Positions 11,095 through 21,566 of a stretch of DNA of 64,000 bases are shown one piece after another (within the stretch, counting starts at the first letter, position 1; every line of letters starts with the position of its first letter). The position numbers and the translations under genes were made by a program. Below the pieces are notes generated by a model. It searched no databases and was not told where the DNA came from. It saw only the letters and a program-made list of their open reading frames with translations. Location: contig NW_008246068.1 of NCBI RefSeq assembly GCF_000281045.1, positions 746,371-810,370 of the forward strand. The letters run 5' to 3'. Origin of the DNA: Saprolegnia diclina VS20 (taxonomy: Eukaryota).

Positions 11095-13431
11095 CTATGT
11101 AAACTTGTTGGCGTGGGACGTCGGCAACATGTCGTCGTCGGCCGCTACGACGTCTCGTTTATGACCCGACCTAGTTTCGATGCAAGTACCGGACTTGCCT
11201 CGGCTCACGACCGATGCAAAGTGGAACGTGCTCTGGCCCTGCAGACTCTTGTGCAAAAACGGCGATAGCCCGAGGAAGACCGACGTGGCCGCAAGAAATT
11301 GCAGGTACACAGGCCGCGAGATGAGCTGCGTCGCCTGCGCCTTGATCATAAAGATGAGCGCGACCTCGCCCACCTACACCGCGATGGACGTTGAGTTCAA
11401 GTCGTTTTTGACGTTGAGTTGGAGTTGTCTTTGCGTTGCAGTGTCGATACCTGGCAGAGGCTCAGCGCCGCCTTCATCGCGCGCAGTATCGGGATGCGGA
11501 AAAACGTCATGAGCCCGAGAAGAAGCGTGATCTTGATGACGACGATGCACAGCATCATCGAAAGCACTTGGAGGCAGTTGCGGACGAGGTAAACCTAGTC
11601 GCATTAGCAATACGCTAATCATGTCGGAATGGCTGGGTACCGGGTTGAGGATCATGCCAATGCAGGCAAAGAACATACTCCCAAAGAGGTTGTCGAGCAC
11701 GCGGATCGATGTGAGTGTCACTTTGAGATTCGTTTGGCCCATAAACGCAAGGCCGGCGAAGAACGCGCCGCTCTCAAGCGACAGCCCCAGCGTCTACATG
11801 CTCCATTCTATATAGACTATAGACAATATTGGTTGTGTACCTCGGTGAAGAGCGCCATAAAGAGACACACCGAGACGATACCAAGCAAAACGAGCGGCGA
11901 ATGGTGGACTTGCTCCATCGACGCGAGAAACGCGAGCAGCGGCGGCACGACGCGCCTACGTACACAGTGTCGTCGTTTTCGCAGCAGACAAGTTGTCCAA
12001 AATACACATGCAAGACGATCGTGAGACCGACGACAATGCCGTACGCAAAGAGCGTCTTGAGCACCGCGATGCTCACGAGCCCGGCCGACCCGTGGTGCGT
12101 AAACCACTCGGGCGTCGCAAGCGCAAAGCTCATGAGCACGTCTTGCACCGCCACGATGGCCGTGACGAGCTATCGTCGTGCATGAGCGAATAGGGTTATG
12201 GATTGTCGCCGTACCCGACCAAAGACCGTGTGGCGGAGGCTCTGCGTGCGCACGTACTCGGCGAGCGGCGCGGTCGATGTAAAGCAAACGCCAGCTCCGA
12301 GAATGAGGCCTTCCGAGAGCGACGGGGCCTAGCACCAGATATTTGTAACTCAACAGGAACGGACGACAGACCCAGCCCAGGCTCGTGCCGACAAGCGCCA
12401 TGCACACCATGGTGGCAGCCACGTAGAGCGCGCCAGCGACCAAGTATCGCTTGAGCACCTCGTCGGCGCGCTGCACCGAGTACTCGGCGCCGTGGGCTAG
12501 GACAAGCGTGATGCCAGCAATACGAATGATCGAATATACCAAAAAGAAGGAAAATGGTGCCAAAGAGCGAGATGGTCTCGACCTCCTTGAAGTGGTGCAC
12601 AAGCCCGAGGCCCGACGGACCGACGACCGCGCCGCCGACGAGGTACCCGATCGTCGGCGGGAGGTTGATCCACGAAGTGACGATGCCACCGAGTGCCGAG
12701 ACGCCAAAGAGGAGGGCGATTTGCCCGAGGAGACTGAAGTCGTAATGGAGCACCTACCGACGGTACAGGGTTCGATCCTGCGAAAATACGAAAATATGGG
12801 TTACCGCGGGGTCGGCGTCGTTCTCGACCTTTTCGAGGTGCTGGCGCTCCTTGGCCGAGAGCTCCGAGTGCGTGAGGTTCTTGAGCCGACCCGATTCGTA
12901 GTCGATGGCCTCCGCGCCTTGCGCCTCGATCTCGTGCGCTTGCTCGTCGGCTTGCTGTTGCCGGAGGACCTCGTTAAGCTGCTTGGCCTTCTCCTCCGTG
13001 TCCTTCTCGACCGTGTCCAGCTCCGAAAACGTCATGTTGAGGTTGCGTGCAAGCAGCTGTAGGTTCTCGCGCAGGCCTTGAATGTCGGAGCGAATGCGTG
13101 CTTGGGTGATGTCCCGTCGCGGCCGCTGGCTCCGCGAGAGCTCTGCGTCAATGTTGTTGAGACCGTTTAGAAGCGACTCTTCAAGGTCCTCAATGAGCCG
13201 CAGCTGCTTCTCGAGATGGTCGAGCGCCGACTCGGGCTCTTTGGCCGGTGCCTGCATCGCCAGAACCGGCGAGGTCGGGTCGGCCGGTCCAGTGGTGCGG
13301 ACCACCTTGGAGGTCGATGCCATGGACGGCGCCGGCGATGCTGCCAGCGCAAGCAAGCTCATGTTCAAGACGAGCACGAGCAGCAGCATGCATCGTTGCG
13401 CCCGTGGCAATAGCATGCTTCTTGGTGCCAT
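11095..13431 (-). CDS. CPA2-family cation/H+ antiporter, KEA4-6/TMCO3-like; multi-exon
   Basis: N-terminal signal and coiled coil, then DPAVLHYDFSLLGQI...GYLVGGAVVGPSGLGLV...ETISLFGTIFLLF, MAVQDVL, FFACIGMILNP, MGEVALIF in successive exons. Confidence 0.85.
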
Positions 13432-13929
13432 GACGATGAGCGACGACGTCTGCCAGGTTATCGCCGACTGCCAGGAAGATTCCCGTTCAACATATCCGGA
13501 TACGCATGGTTTATGCGGTGCTTGTCGCATCCTAGCTTGTGTGGAGCTATTTCCACGCATCTTAAGCCACCCGAAGGGCGGCAGCAAGAGGTTGCTGTCA
13601 ACACCCATGGTCTTGCTTGGCAGCTACATGGCGACAAGTACATGGATGTATGATTCAAATGGATTTGGAGGCGCCAACTCTGCACGGTACATTATGCTTG
13701 TAGCTGCATGGCCGAATCGGTGGCGTGATTATAGTCTTATCCAGACAAGTTGCTTATCAAGGACTGCCTTCACGTATTTTTCTTTTCCATACAACAATCA
13801 AGTTAAAAGGCGTCATACAATACAACATGCGACGAGGGCGGCGTTTTAATGCGGTCGCCCTACGTTTTACGGTATCCGGACACGCAATTCCTTGCAATAA
13901 CTGGCTGGCAGAATTCGATTGGTTCCGTT

Positions 13930-14919
13930 ATGGCCCGAGCCCGATCCAAGATGGTCGCCCGTCGTGGCGCCAAGCCGCTGGCCAAGCCGACGCCGGCGCC
14001 GGTGGCGGAGCCGTCCTCGGCGTCCGAACAAGACGACGCCAACGACGCTGAAGCACCCGCCGAGGCGAGCGATGCGGCAACGAACGAATCCGCCGAGGAG
14101 GCAGACGATGTTGAACCCGACGTCATTGGCGCTGGCTCTGCCGAAGACGACGCTGCCGACGATGCCGCTGCCGAAGACGACGCTGCTGAAGACGACGCTG
14201 CTGAAGACGACGCTGGTTCTGCCGACAACGACGCTGCCGAGGAAGACGAGGACGAGGACGACTTGGCGCCGGTGGCCAAGAAGGCCAAGAAGGCCAAGAA
14301 GGAGACGAAGAAGGGTGTCATCTACATGAGCCGCGTGCCGCCGTTCATGAAGCCGGAGAAGGTCCGGCATTTGCTCAGCCAGTATGGCGACATTGAGCGT
14401 ATTTATTTGGTCGAGGAAGACAAGACCGCGCGCAAGAAGCGTCTCAAGGCCGGCGGCAACAAGAAGGTCAACTTCACCGAGGGCTGGATCGAGTTTTCGC
14501 ACAAGTCGGTCGCCAAGCGCGTCGCGAGCGCGCTCAACACCAAGCCCATGGGCGGCAAGAAGCGGGGGTTCTACTACGATGACATTTGGAACCTCAAGTT
14601 CCTCAAGGGCTTCCAGTGGACCCACCTCACCGAGAAGATCGCGTACGAGAACCGCGTCCGCGACCAGAAGCTCCGGCTCGAGATCGCGCAGGCCGCGAAG
14701 GAGAACGCAGCGTTCATGGAGCGCGTCGAGCAGTCCAAGCAGATCGACAAGATGGAGGAGCGCAAGAAGGCCGAAGCCATCGCGGTGCCCAATGCCATGG
14801 ACAACATTCGCCGTACGTTCCGCCAAAATGCGCCCGCCGACAAGACCAAACAAGCGTCGCTCGGCGACCACTCGAAAGCGCTGCTCACCAAAGTGTTCAA
14901 GCGCAAGCTCGACGAGTAG
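13930..14919 (+). CDS. ESF2: Pre-rRNA-processing protein ESF2 / ABT1
   Basis: Acidic N-terminus, then KGVIYMSRVPPFMKPEKVRHLLSQYGDIERIYL, FTEGWIEF, YYDDIWNLKFLKGFQWTHLTEKIAYE. Confidence 0.93.
   Translation: MARARSKMVARRGAKPLAKPTPAPVAEPSSASEQDDANDAEAPAEASDAATNESAEEADDVEPDVIGAGSAEDDAADDAAAEDDAAEDDAAEDDAGSADNDAAEEDEDEDDLAPVAKKAKKAKKETKKGVIYMSRVPPFMKPEKVRHLLSQYGDIERIYLVEEDKTARKKRLKAGGNKKVNFTEGWIEFSHKSVAKRVASALNTKPMGGKKRGFYYDDIWNLKFLKGFQWTHLTEKIAYENRVRDQKLRLEIAQAAKENAAFMERVEQSKQIDKMEERKKAEAIAVPNAMDNIRRTFRQNAPADKTKQASLGDHSKALLTKVFKRKLDE
14143..14217 (+). repeat. 15-nt coding tandem repeat x5 (EDDAA) in ESF2
   Basis: gaagacgacgctgc(c/t) units, one diverged. Confidence 0.85.
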
Positions 14920-15100
14920 TAACCTGCCCAACATACCTCTTCTAGACTTTACATTGTACATTGCGCTGCGAGCATCCCTCGAGACGCGGCTCGGTGCTTG
15001 TCGACTGCTGTCTCAGCTGCTTCCGTCGCCTTGGAGCGTGAACCAAAGGTATCCACCAGAACGTTAACGGCCCTTGCACTACAGAACTCGAGTCTGCACG

Positions 15101-16848
15101 CTACACGGCAATCGTGATCGTTTGGGCGTCGCCGAGAGCCTTGTCGAGCGCGGTCGAATGCAACACGTTGCCCGACGTACTGTCCTTCATTGTCTAGTGC
15201 AACCATAGCAAGGGTGACGGTAAGCATCCAGTCATACCCAGTGGTGCCCGTGGAACGACGAGAAGGGCTGCTCTCCATGGGCTTTGATGGTCGCCAGCTT
15301 CGTATCGGACCAAAAGAGATCCACGGGGCCGTCCGTCGGGTTGACAAACACAACCTTGATCGTGTCGGCGCGCGTATCGTCGAGGCCGTACCGCCGCTTG
15401 TTCCACACCCAGAGGTTTGCAGCCCTACATGAATCATTGGAGCTCTCAAGCCTCTAGGATGCGACGACGACGTTGTACCACTTGGTCCCGTCAAGGACGG
15501 GGCAGCCGCCGTGGAGTGAGCGCGGATCGAGCTCGCCTAGCCGTCGTGGGAGTCACTCTTCACGGCCAAGACCCCATTACCGTTGGGCTTTTGACTATAA
15601 AAGAGGATGGCGTGCGTCTTCATCGGGTACGACGCCAGCCTGTCCACGACGTGAGATCCGCGCCTTGATAGATTGATAGTAACCGTGAACTGCAGCTCTG
15701 GACCATGTCGGCTTCCCAGCTGTCTTTGGGAAAGAGCGCGTGCGCGTCGGGATGCAGCGGCAGGTGCACATGGCCTTCCGGCATATCGGCGAGCGGAAAG
15801 ACCGTCTGCCCGCCGCTTGTGACGTTCGAGAGGTACAAGAACACTGTCGCGAACCGGTTGGAGCCGCCGGTTTTCGGGTTCCAGTTCCAGTCGTCGCTCG
15901 TGCCCGACGCAAAGTAGTCGGTGTGGGCAATGTACGCTTGCTTTTGCTGGTATCGCAGCAGCTGGAGGCCGTCGCACATGTCGTCTTGGTACGTCGGAAG
16001 CCGCAGCAAGTCGAACGACCGCTTCCGAATCGCGAGGGCCGGCGCCGACACTTGATCGAACGCGTTCTCGGACGTGCGGTGGCTTGAGACGACCTTGGCG
16101 CGGCTTTTGTGCCCGACGTGCGACTGCTGCAGCTTGTCGTGCTCGCCGTCAATTGTCAAGATGCGAGCAATCAGCGCGTCGGCTTCGTCGTTGGTGAAGA
16201 AATCGTGCACGTGAAACACGCGTGGGCTCTCGCTAAACGACTCGAGGATCATGTCGCGGTTGGTCGGGCTCATCTCGGCACGAATGTGCACGCGGTGCCC
16301 TAGCTACATGGCGATGACGTCGAGGAGAGGATGAGAGTGGCCATCTCTACCTTGACAAACGGCCACACAAAGAGAAGGCCGGGCGCCACCAAGTAGAGGC
16401 GGTCGCCATCGCGAATGTCGTCGAACGACGTCACGAGGCGGCCCGTGCCGGTAAAGACGCGGTCGGCTACGATGCGGACGTCGTCGGGCTCGCCCACGAG
16501 CCGAATGCCATCGACAGCAATGTGCTCCGAGAGGTATGCTGCCAGCGCCGCGCCCGACGGTACGTGGGATGGCTCGAGCGACAGGCGCACACCGCCGACA
16601 GACTTGCCATTGTCGTAGACGACCACGGTCTTCCACGTTTGGTTGTGCGTCGACAGGAGCCGTGACGGAAAGATCGGGTGCTGGTCGTGCGGAACGAGCC
16701 AGAGGGACGCGCCCAGGGCAAGCACGGCGACGAGCAGCACGAGAGTCGAGGTCCATGCACCGGAGGTCGGCGCTGCTGTCGGCGCAACGGCCTTGGGCGC
16801 AGTGGCGCTCGTATGAGGCGTGCGTCCCTTGCGCTCCGTCAACGCCAT
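15101..16848 (-). CDS. Type II membrane prolyl 4-hydroxylase with N-terminal DCX/KHA-like domain and C-terminal VHL-beta-like domain; 6 exons
   Basis: TM helix (STLVLLVAVLALGASLWLV). P4H motifs SPRVFHVHDFFT, RTSENAF, LQLLRY...YIAHTDYF (HxD), NRFATVFLYLSNV..GGQTVFP, SLHGGCPV..GTKWAANLWVW. GT-AG introns 16304-16350, 15640-15683, ~15537-15580, 15425-15478, 15194-15237; stop TAG 15103-15101. Confidence 0.88.
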
Positions 16849-17334
16849 GCCACGTGGGTTCAAATGTAGCCACACGGAAATAGACGGGCCGAACGTATGC
16901 TATAGAAAATCCAACAGTGTACTGATCGCTGATCGCTGATCGCCAGCCCAAGTCACAAGCCGCGAGTGCGGTTGTGCGAGGTACGTTTCCTGGATTATCC
17001 AGCCGAGCTTGTGGTTGTCGCTGCCACCGGCGCTCGCCCTGCCCTCTGCATCCTTGGTCTCCGTTGACCATCACTAGCGAATCAAGCGCAGCTGCGACGG
17101 GGTCACAGTCGACCCCTGCCGCACGCCCGAGTAGCTGCCACGAAAGCGCAGTCGAGCGCTCGACGCTCCAAGCTAGTAGCTCCAGCAGCGATCTCGAGCC
17201 ACCGTCGCCATGCCACCATGCCGGAAGATCGCAACACCGTTAAAACCTCTTGAAATGGATAATCTATCGAGTGTCAGAGGAAACCACAGTGTTGGTCGTT
17301 GCGGCGCCAATCAGTGTCGTTGGAATCGAGAGCC

Positions 17335-19960
17335 ATGGCCGACCAAGACGCTTGCACCTGCGGCTTCCTGCCCTGCGTCTGCGTCACCGAGGAAGAGGTC
17401 AAGCAGGCCGAGAAGCTCGCAGCGCTGCGCAGCATCCTCATGACCACGACGGCGCCGTGCGATCTCTGCTTCATGCTGCCGTGCATCTGCGACGGCGACT
17501 TGTACGAGGACGCCGACGTCCCGCTGCATCCCGACCCGCCCGTGCTGCGCGCTCAGCCGCTTGACGACTATGGCCGTGTCGAGCTCGACGACGAGCTTTG
17601 GGTCGCGGACGAGATCGCGAACGTGCTCAAGCCGCACCAAGTCGACGGCGTCCGCTTCATGACGACGCACTTGGCGGCGTCGCGTGGCTGTATCCTCGCC
17701 GACTACATGGGTCTCGGCAAGACGCTACAGCTCATCACGACGCTGCAGAGCTACCTCGCCGACGGCCTCGCTGCGTACGACGAGCACCATCTTCGTACCT
17801 TGTTCACCCGACAGGCGTAGGGGCGAAAAGCGCACAGCGCTCGTGCTTTGCCCGACCGTATGCATCATGAACTGGGTCCTCGAGTTTCGGAAATGGCTCA
17901 AGGAGACCACGCTAGCTCACTGCCCGCTCTTCTACATGGAAACCAGCAGCGTACGCTCGGCCGCATCGCGTGTCGCCAACTCAGTTCTGTTAGCACAAGT
18001 CGAGCCCGGCCTGCCGCATCGAGCTGCTCGAAAAGTGGCATGCGACCGGCGGTGTCCTCATCCTCGGCTACGAGATGTACCGCATGCTGCTCAACCCGAC
18101 GAAAACGACCGACAACATTGTCCTCGAAGCGACGACCGTCATGAAGGAAGGCGTGGTCGAGATCCACGACCGCCACCAGCTTGCGATGGACAAGGCGCTC
18201 CGCAAGCTCTCGTCGCTCTTGTGCAACCCCGGGCCGAGTCTCGTACGTCACATTTGCTGGGCGGGCATGCTGCAACGAGAAATGGCCTAGGTGGCTCTGG
18301 ACGAAGGCCACCGCATTAAGGACCCGACGTCGATCCTCTGCTCGTGCCTGGAGCGTATCGCGACGCCCCACCGCATCGTGCTCACGGGCTACCCGTTGCA
18401 GGTATTTAGTCTATATATTTTTTCGAGTGTAGGGGATTACACCGACTAGAACTCACTCGCGGAATACTGGTGCATGGTCAACTTTGCGCTACCGGGGTTC
18501 CTCGGCACGTACGAGTCGTTTCGGTCGACATATGAAAAGCCCATTCTCGACGGCGACGACGCCAAGGCGACGGAGCTCACGACGCGCCTCTCGACCGTCG
18601 TGCTGCGCCGCGGCCAAGCGCTTCTGAATGCGCACTTGCCGCAGAAGTTTGAGTGGATCATCCACTGCCACCTCTCGCCGCTGCAGCACGAACTCTACGT
18701 AGCGTTCTTGGAGCGAGACCGCGCGACCAAGCAGCAGTGGGACCTCTTTACAGCCTACACGACGCTGCTCCAGCTCGTCAACCACCCGGACGTGGTTCGC
18801 ACCCGGCTCTTTCTCAACGAGACGAACGAGAACGACGACGAGAAGGACCCGACCGACGAGCTAAACGACTGGCAGCCCGTGCTCTCGGCCAAGCCAAAGC
18901 CCGTCAAGAAGCGCAAGCGCATCGAACGCGACCCGGCCACGACGCTGTGGGCGACGCGCCTCGACGCCGACGCATACGAGCCTGGTGTCGCGGCCCACAG
19001 CGGCAAACTCTCCGTCTTCCTCGCCCTTTTGCACCAAAGGTTTGTCTCGATGGATCGATCCTATGGAGGCGTATCCAACGCGTGGATAGTCGGGCCGTTG
19101 GCGACAAGATTGCCGTCTTCTCCCAGAGCGTCTCGACGCTGCGCGAAATCGCACGCTTCATCGACGCACTGGACGCCATGAAAGCGCCCACGACCCAGAA
19201 GAAACCGACCAAAGCCAAGAAAGGCCGGAAGGCCGTCACGCCAAGCAAGCAAGCGCCGTCGTGGCGTCTCCTCGAGGGCAGTGTCTCGTCGTCCAAGCGC
19301 ATGGACTACATTGAGGTGCGTCTTGCGCGCGATGTCCATTATTGTCATGTACGCTGTAGACGTTTTCGAACCCGTCGAGCCGCGTCGATGTGTTCCTCGT
19401 CTCGACGCGCGCCGGCGCCGAGGGCATCAACCTCCACGCCGCCAACCGCGTCGTGCTCTTTGACGTGAGCTGGAACCCGTCGCACGACCACCAAGTAATT
19501 TGTCTTTCGCCTCGAGACAATGGACAAAATTGTCATGTCTAGTCCATGTGCCGGTCCCACCGCATTGGGCAGCGCAAGGACGTTCACGTCTACCGCCTCG
19601 TGAGCCACGACACGATCGAAGAAAAAATCTACAACCAACAAGTACCGTGTGGTCTGTATCAACTTGATACTATCGCGCGGGTTAGGTGAAAAAAGTGGAC
19701 TTGAGTGCCAACGTCGTCGACGCGACCGCCATCAGCGCGTTCAAGCCCTCCGATACCTCGTCGTTCTTTGCGCCGCCGTCGCCGCCACCCATGTCGTCTG
19801 TGGCGCATGCCCTGAGCGGCGATGACGTGCTGGATGCGTGCCTCGCCAGCGCTGGCCCGCACATTGTCCGCTGCCTTCGCTCGTCCAGTCGTCTTATCCT
19901 TGTCTGCTGTAGGCCAAGTACTTCCGCGCGCTGCACATCACCGACGACGCCGCCGCCTGA
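17335..19960 (+). CDS. SNF2-family helicase, ATRX/ARIP4-like; multi-exon
   Basis: [111 protein letters not shown]. The 3' end is inferred from the last AG acceptor at ~19912. Confidence 0.88.
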
Positions 19961-20043
19961 ACGGCGACGAGTCGTTCGAGCGACTCGTAACAACACAATG
20001 CTAGCCTCGTCAGACGTCATTTTTGTATGGTGTAAATACGGTC

Positions 20044-20856
20044 TTAGCAGCAACCACTTTTCTTGGCGCTACCGTGGTGCGGCGACCCACGCGTCGGTCG
20101 GTGGTCGTCGACGATTTGGATCGTGTTGCCGCGCGCGCCGTCGCGGTTGCGTGCGTCCATCGCCGCCGCCGACGTAGTTGTTGTGGGCGCGGCCGATGGC
20201 GTCGGCGCGTCGTCGTCGGCGACAAACGCATTGGCCTTGTTCTTCTTGGAGCGAGACGCGCCGCCGCGGCTGAGCATGCGCTTGGCGAGGTCGACAAACA
20301 CGTCGTCGAGGCCGCGGTTGAGTTTCGCCGACGTATAAAAATGCGTCGCGCCGACCGACTTGGCGTACGCGACCGCGTCGGCCTCGGTCACCTTGATGTT
20401 GCGCTTGAGATCAATCTTGTTGCCAGCGATCGCAATGTCGATCTCGTCGCCAACGATGCGGCGGAGTTCCTTGACCCACGTCTTGACCTTCTTGAACGAC
20501 TCGTCGTCGGTAATGTCATACACAAGCAGCGCACCATCTATACACAGCATGGTTTAAGATGCGAGGCCACGTTCGTTGGCCACCGGCGTCACGGTAGTAG
20601 ATTGGCCCGAGGGCGTGAAAGCGCTCTTGGCCCGCCGTGTCCCAAAGCGACAGCTGGACGTTTTGGTTCTCGACCGAGAGCTTCTTGTCGAGGTACGACG
20701 CCTGGAGCGTCGACACTTGGCGGTCGTCGTACTCGTTGCGGATGTAGCGCAGGAGGATCGAGGTCTTGCCGACGCGGCCTAGTCGCCATGAGCGCGCCGT
20801 CGTCCGCAGGTCGTACCTTCGCCGAGCAGGACCACCTTGTAGCGCTTCGTTGCCAT
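20044..20856 (-). CDS. RAB21: Rab21 small GTPase; introns 20779-20816 and 20538-20583
   Basis: YKVVLLGEGRVGKTS, STLQASYL, WDTAGQERFHALGPIYYRDA, IAGNKIDL, TSAKLN, C-terminal SGCC prenylation site. Confidence 0.93.
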
Positions 20857-20938
20857 GTTGCCCGGTCTTGCTCGAATGCTGCAGTCCGCTGAGCTGCCGT
20901 TGTGTCAAACACCAAAGAAGGTTTTTTCGCCGCTTTTC

Positions 20939-20980
20939 ATTGGCTAAAAAGATTACTGCAATGTGCTTTTAAGCCAATCA
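20939..20980. promoter_or_regulatory. Pair of opposed CCAAT boxes upstream of RAB21
   Basis: ATTGGCT (20939-20945) and AGCCAATCA (20972-20980), 80-125 nt upstream of the ATG. Confidence 0.55.
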
Positions 20981-21566
20981 TATTGCCTCGTGCTGTCTTG
21001 CCAAAGGAAACTCGTCCTGCTTTCTTTTTTATCATTTGGATAATGTATACCTGTATTTCTTTTGAAATTGTATTTCGCTACGGAAATGGCACAGTGGAAT
21101 TCCGACTCGTTCCATCGAACATGCGAGATAGCCAAAGCACTTTATACACATCGTATCGATAGACAAAATACACTGTGGCCGCGACTGGAAGACACGTCGA
21201 CGAGTAGTAGCTGCCGGTACGACCGTCCACCGGCGCGGCGTCGGTTCTATTTGCCTCAAAAAGTAAGGACACTGTCTGGTCGCTCCGTTGGACACTGGAT
21301 TTTTCAAATTTCAATTGTCAGATTTGGCGTCGCGGATCTGTGTTTGCGCTAGGGTCCGAACGGCAGATGGCGCTCAACGCCAAGCAAATACATTCATTCA
21401 AATGGTTGTAATCATTTAAATAATATTTCCTGGCAACGCTATCGCACGAAGCGAGCAAGTGCTGTGGAGGCGTCCGTGGTATCTATGATGCGATGCGCAT
21501 ACCATTTTTGTCTGGCAGAGTTTATGAAATAAACAGATTTTCTTCTATTATTAATACCCAGCCTTT

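Noticed and set aside
21090..21177. Inverted CACAGTG...CACTGTG pair resembling Transib/RSS termini
   Set aside because: Only 7-bp arms, no 5-bp TSD and no transposase; expected by chance.
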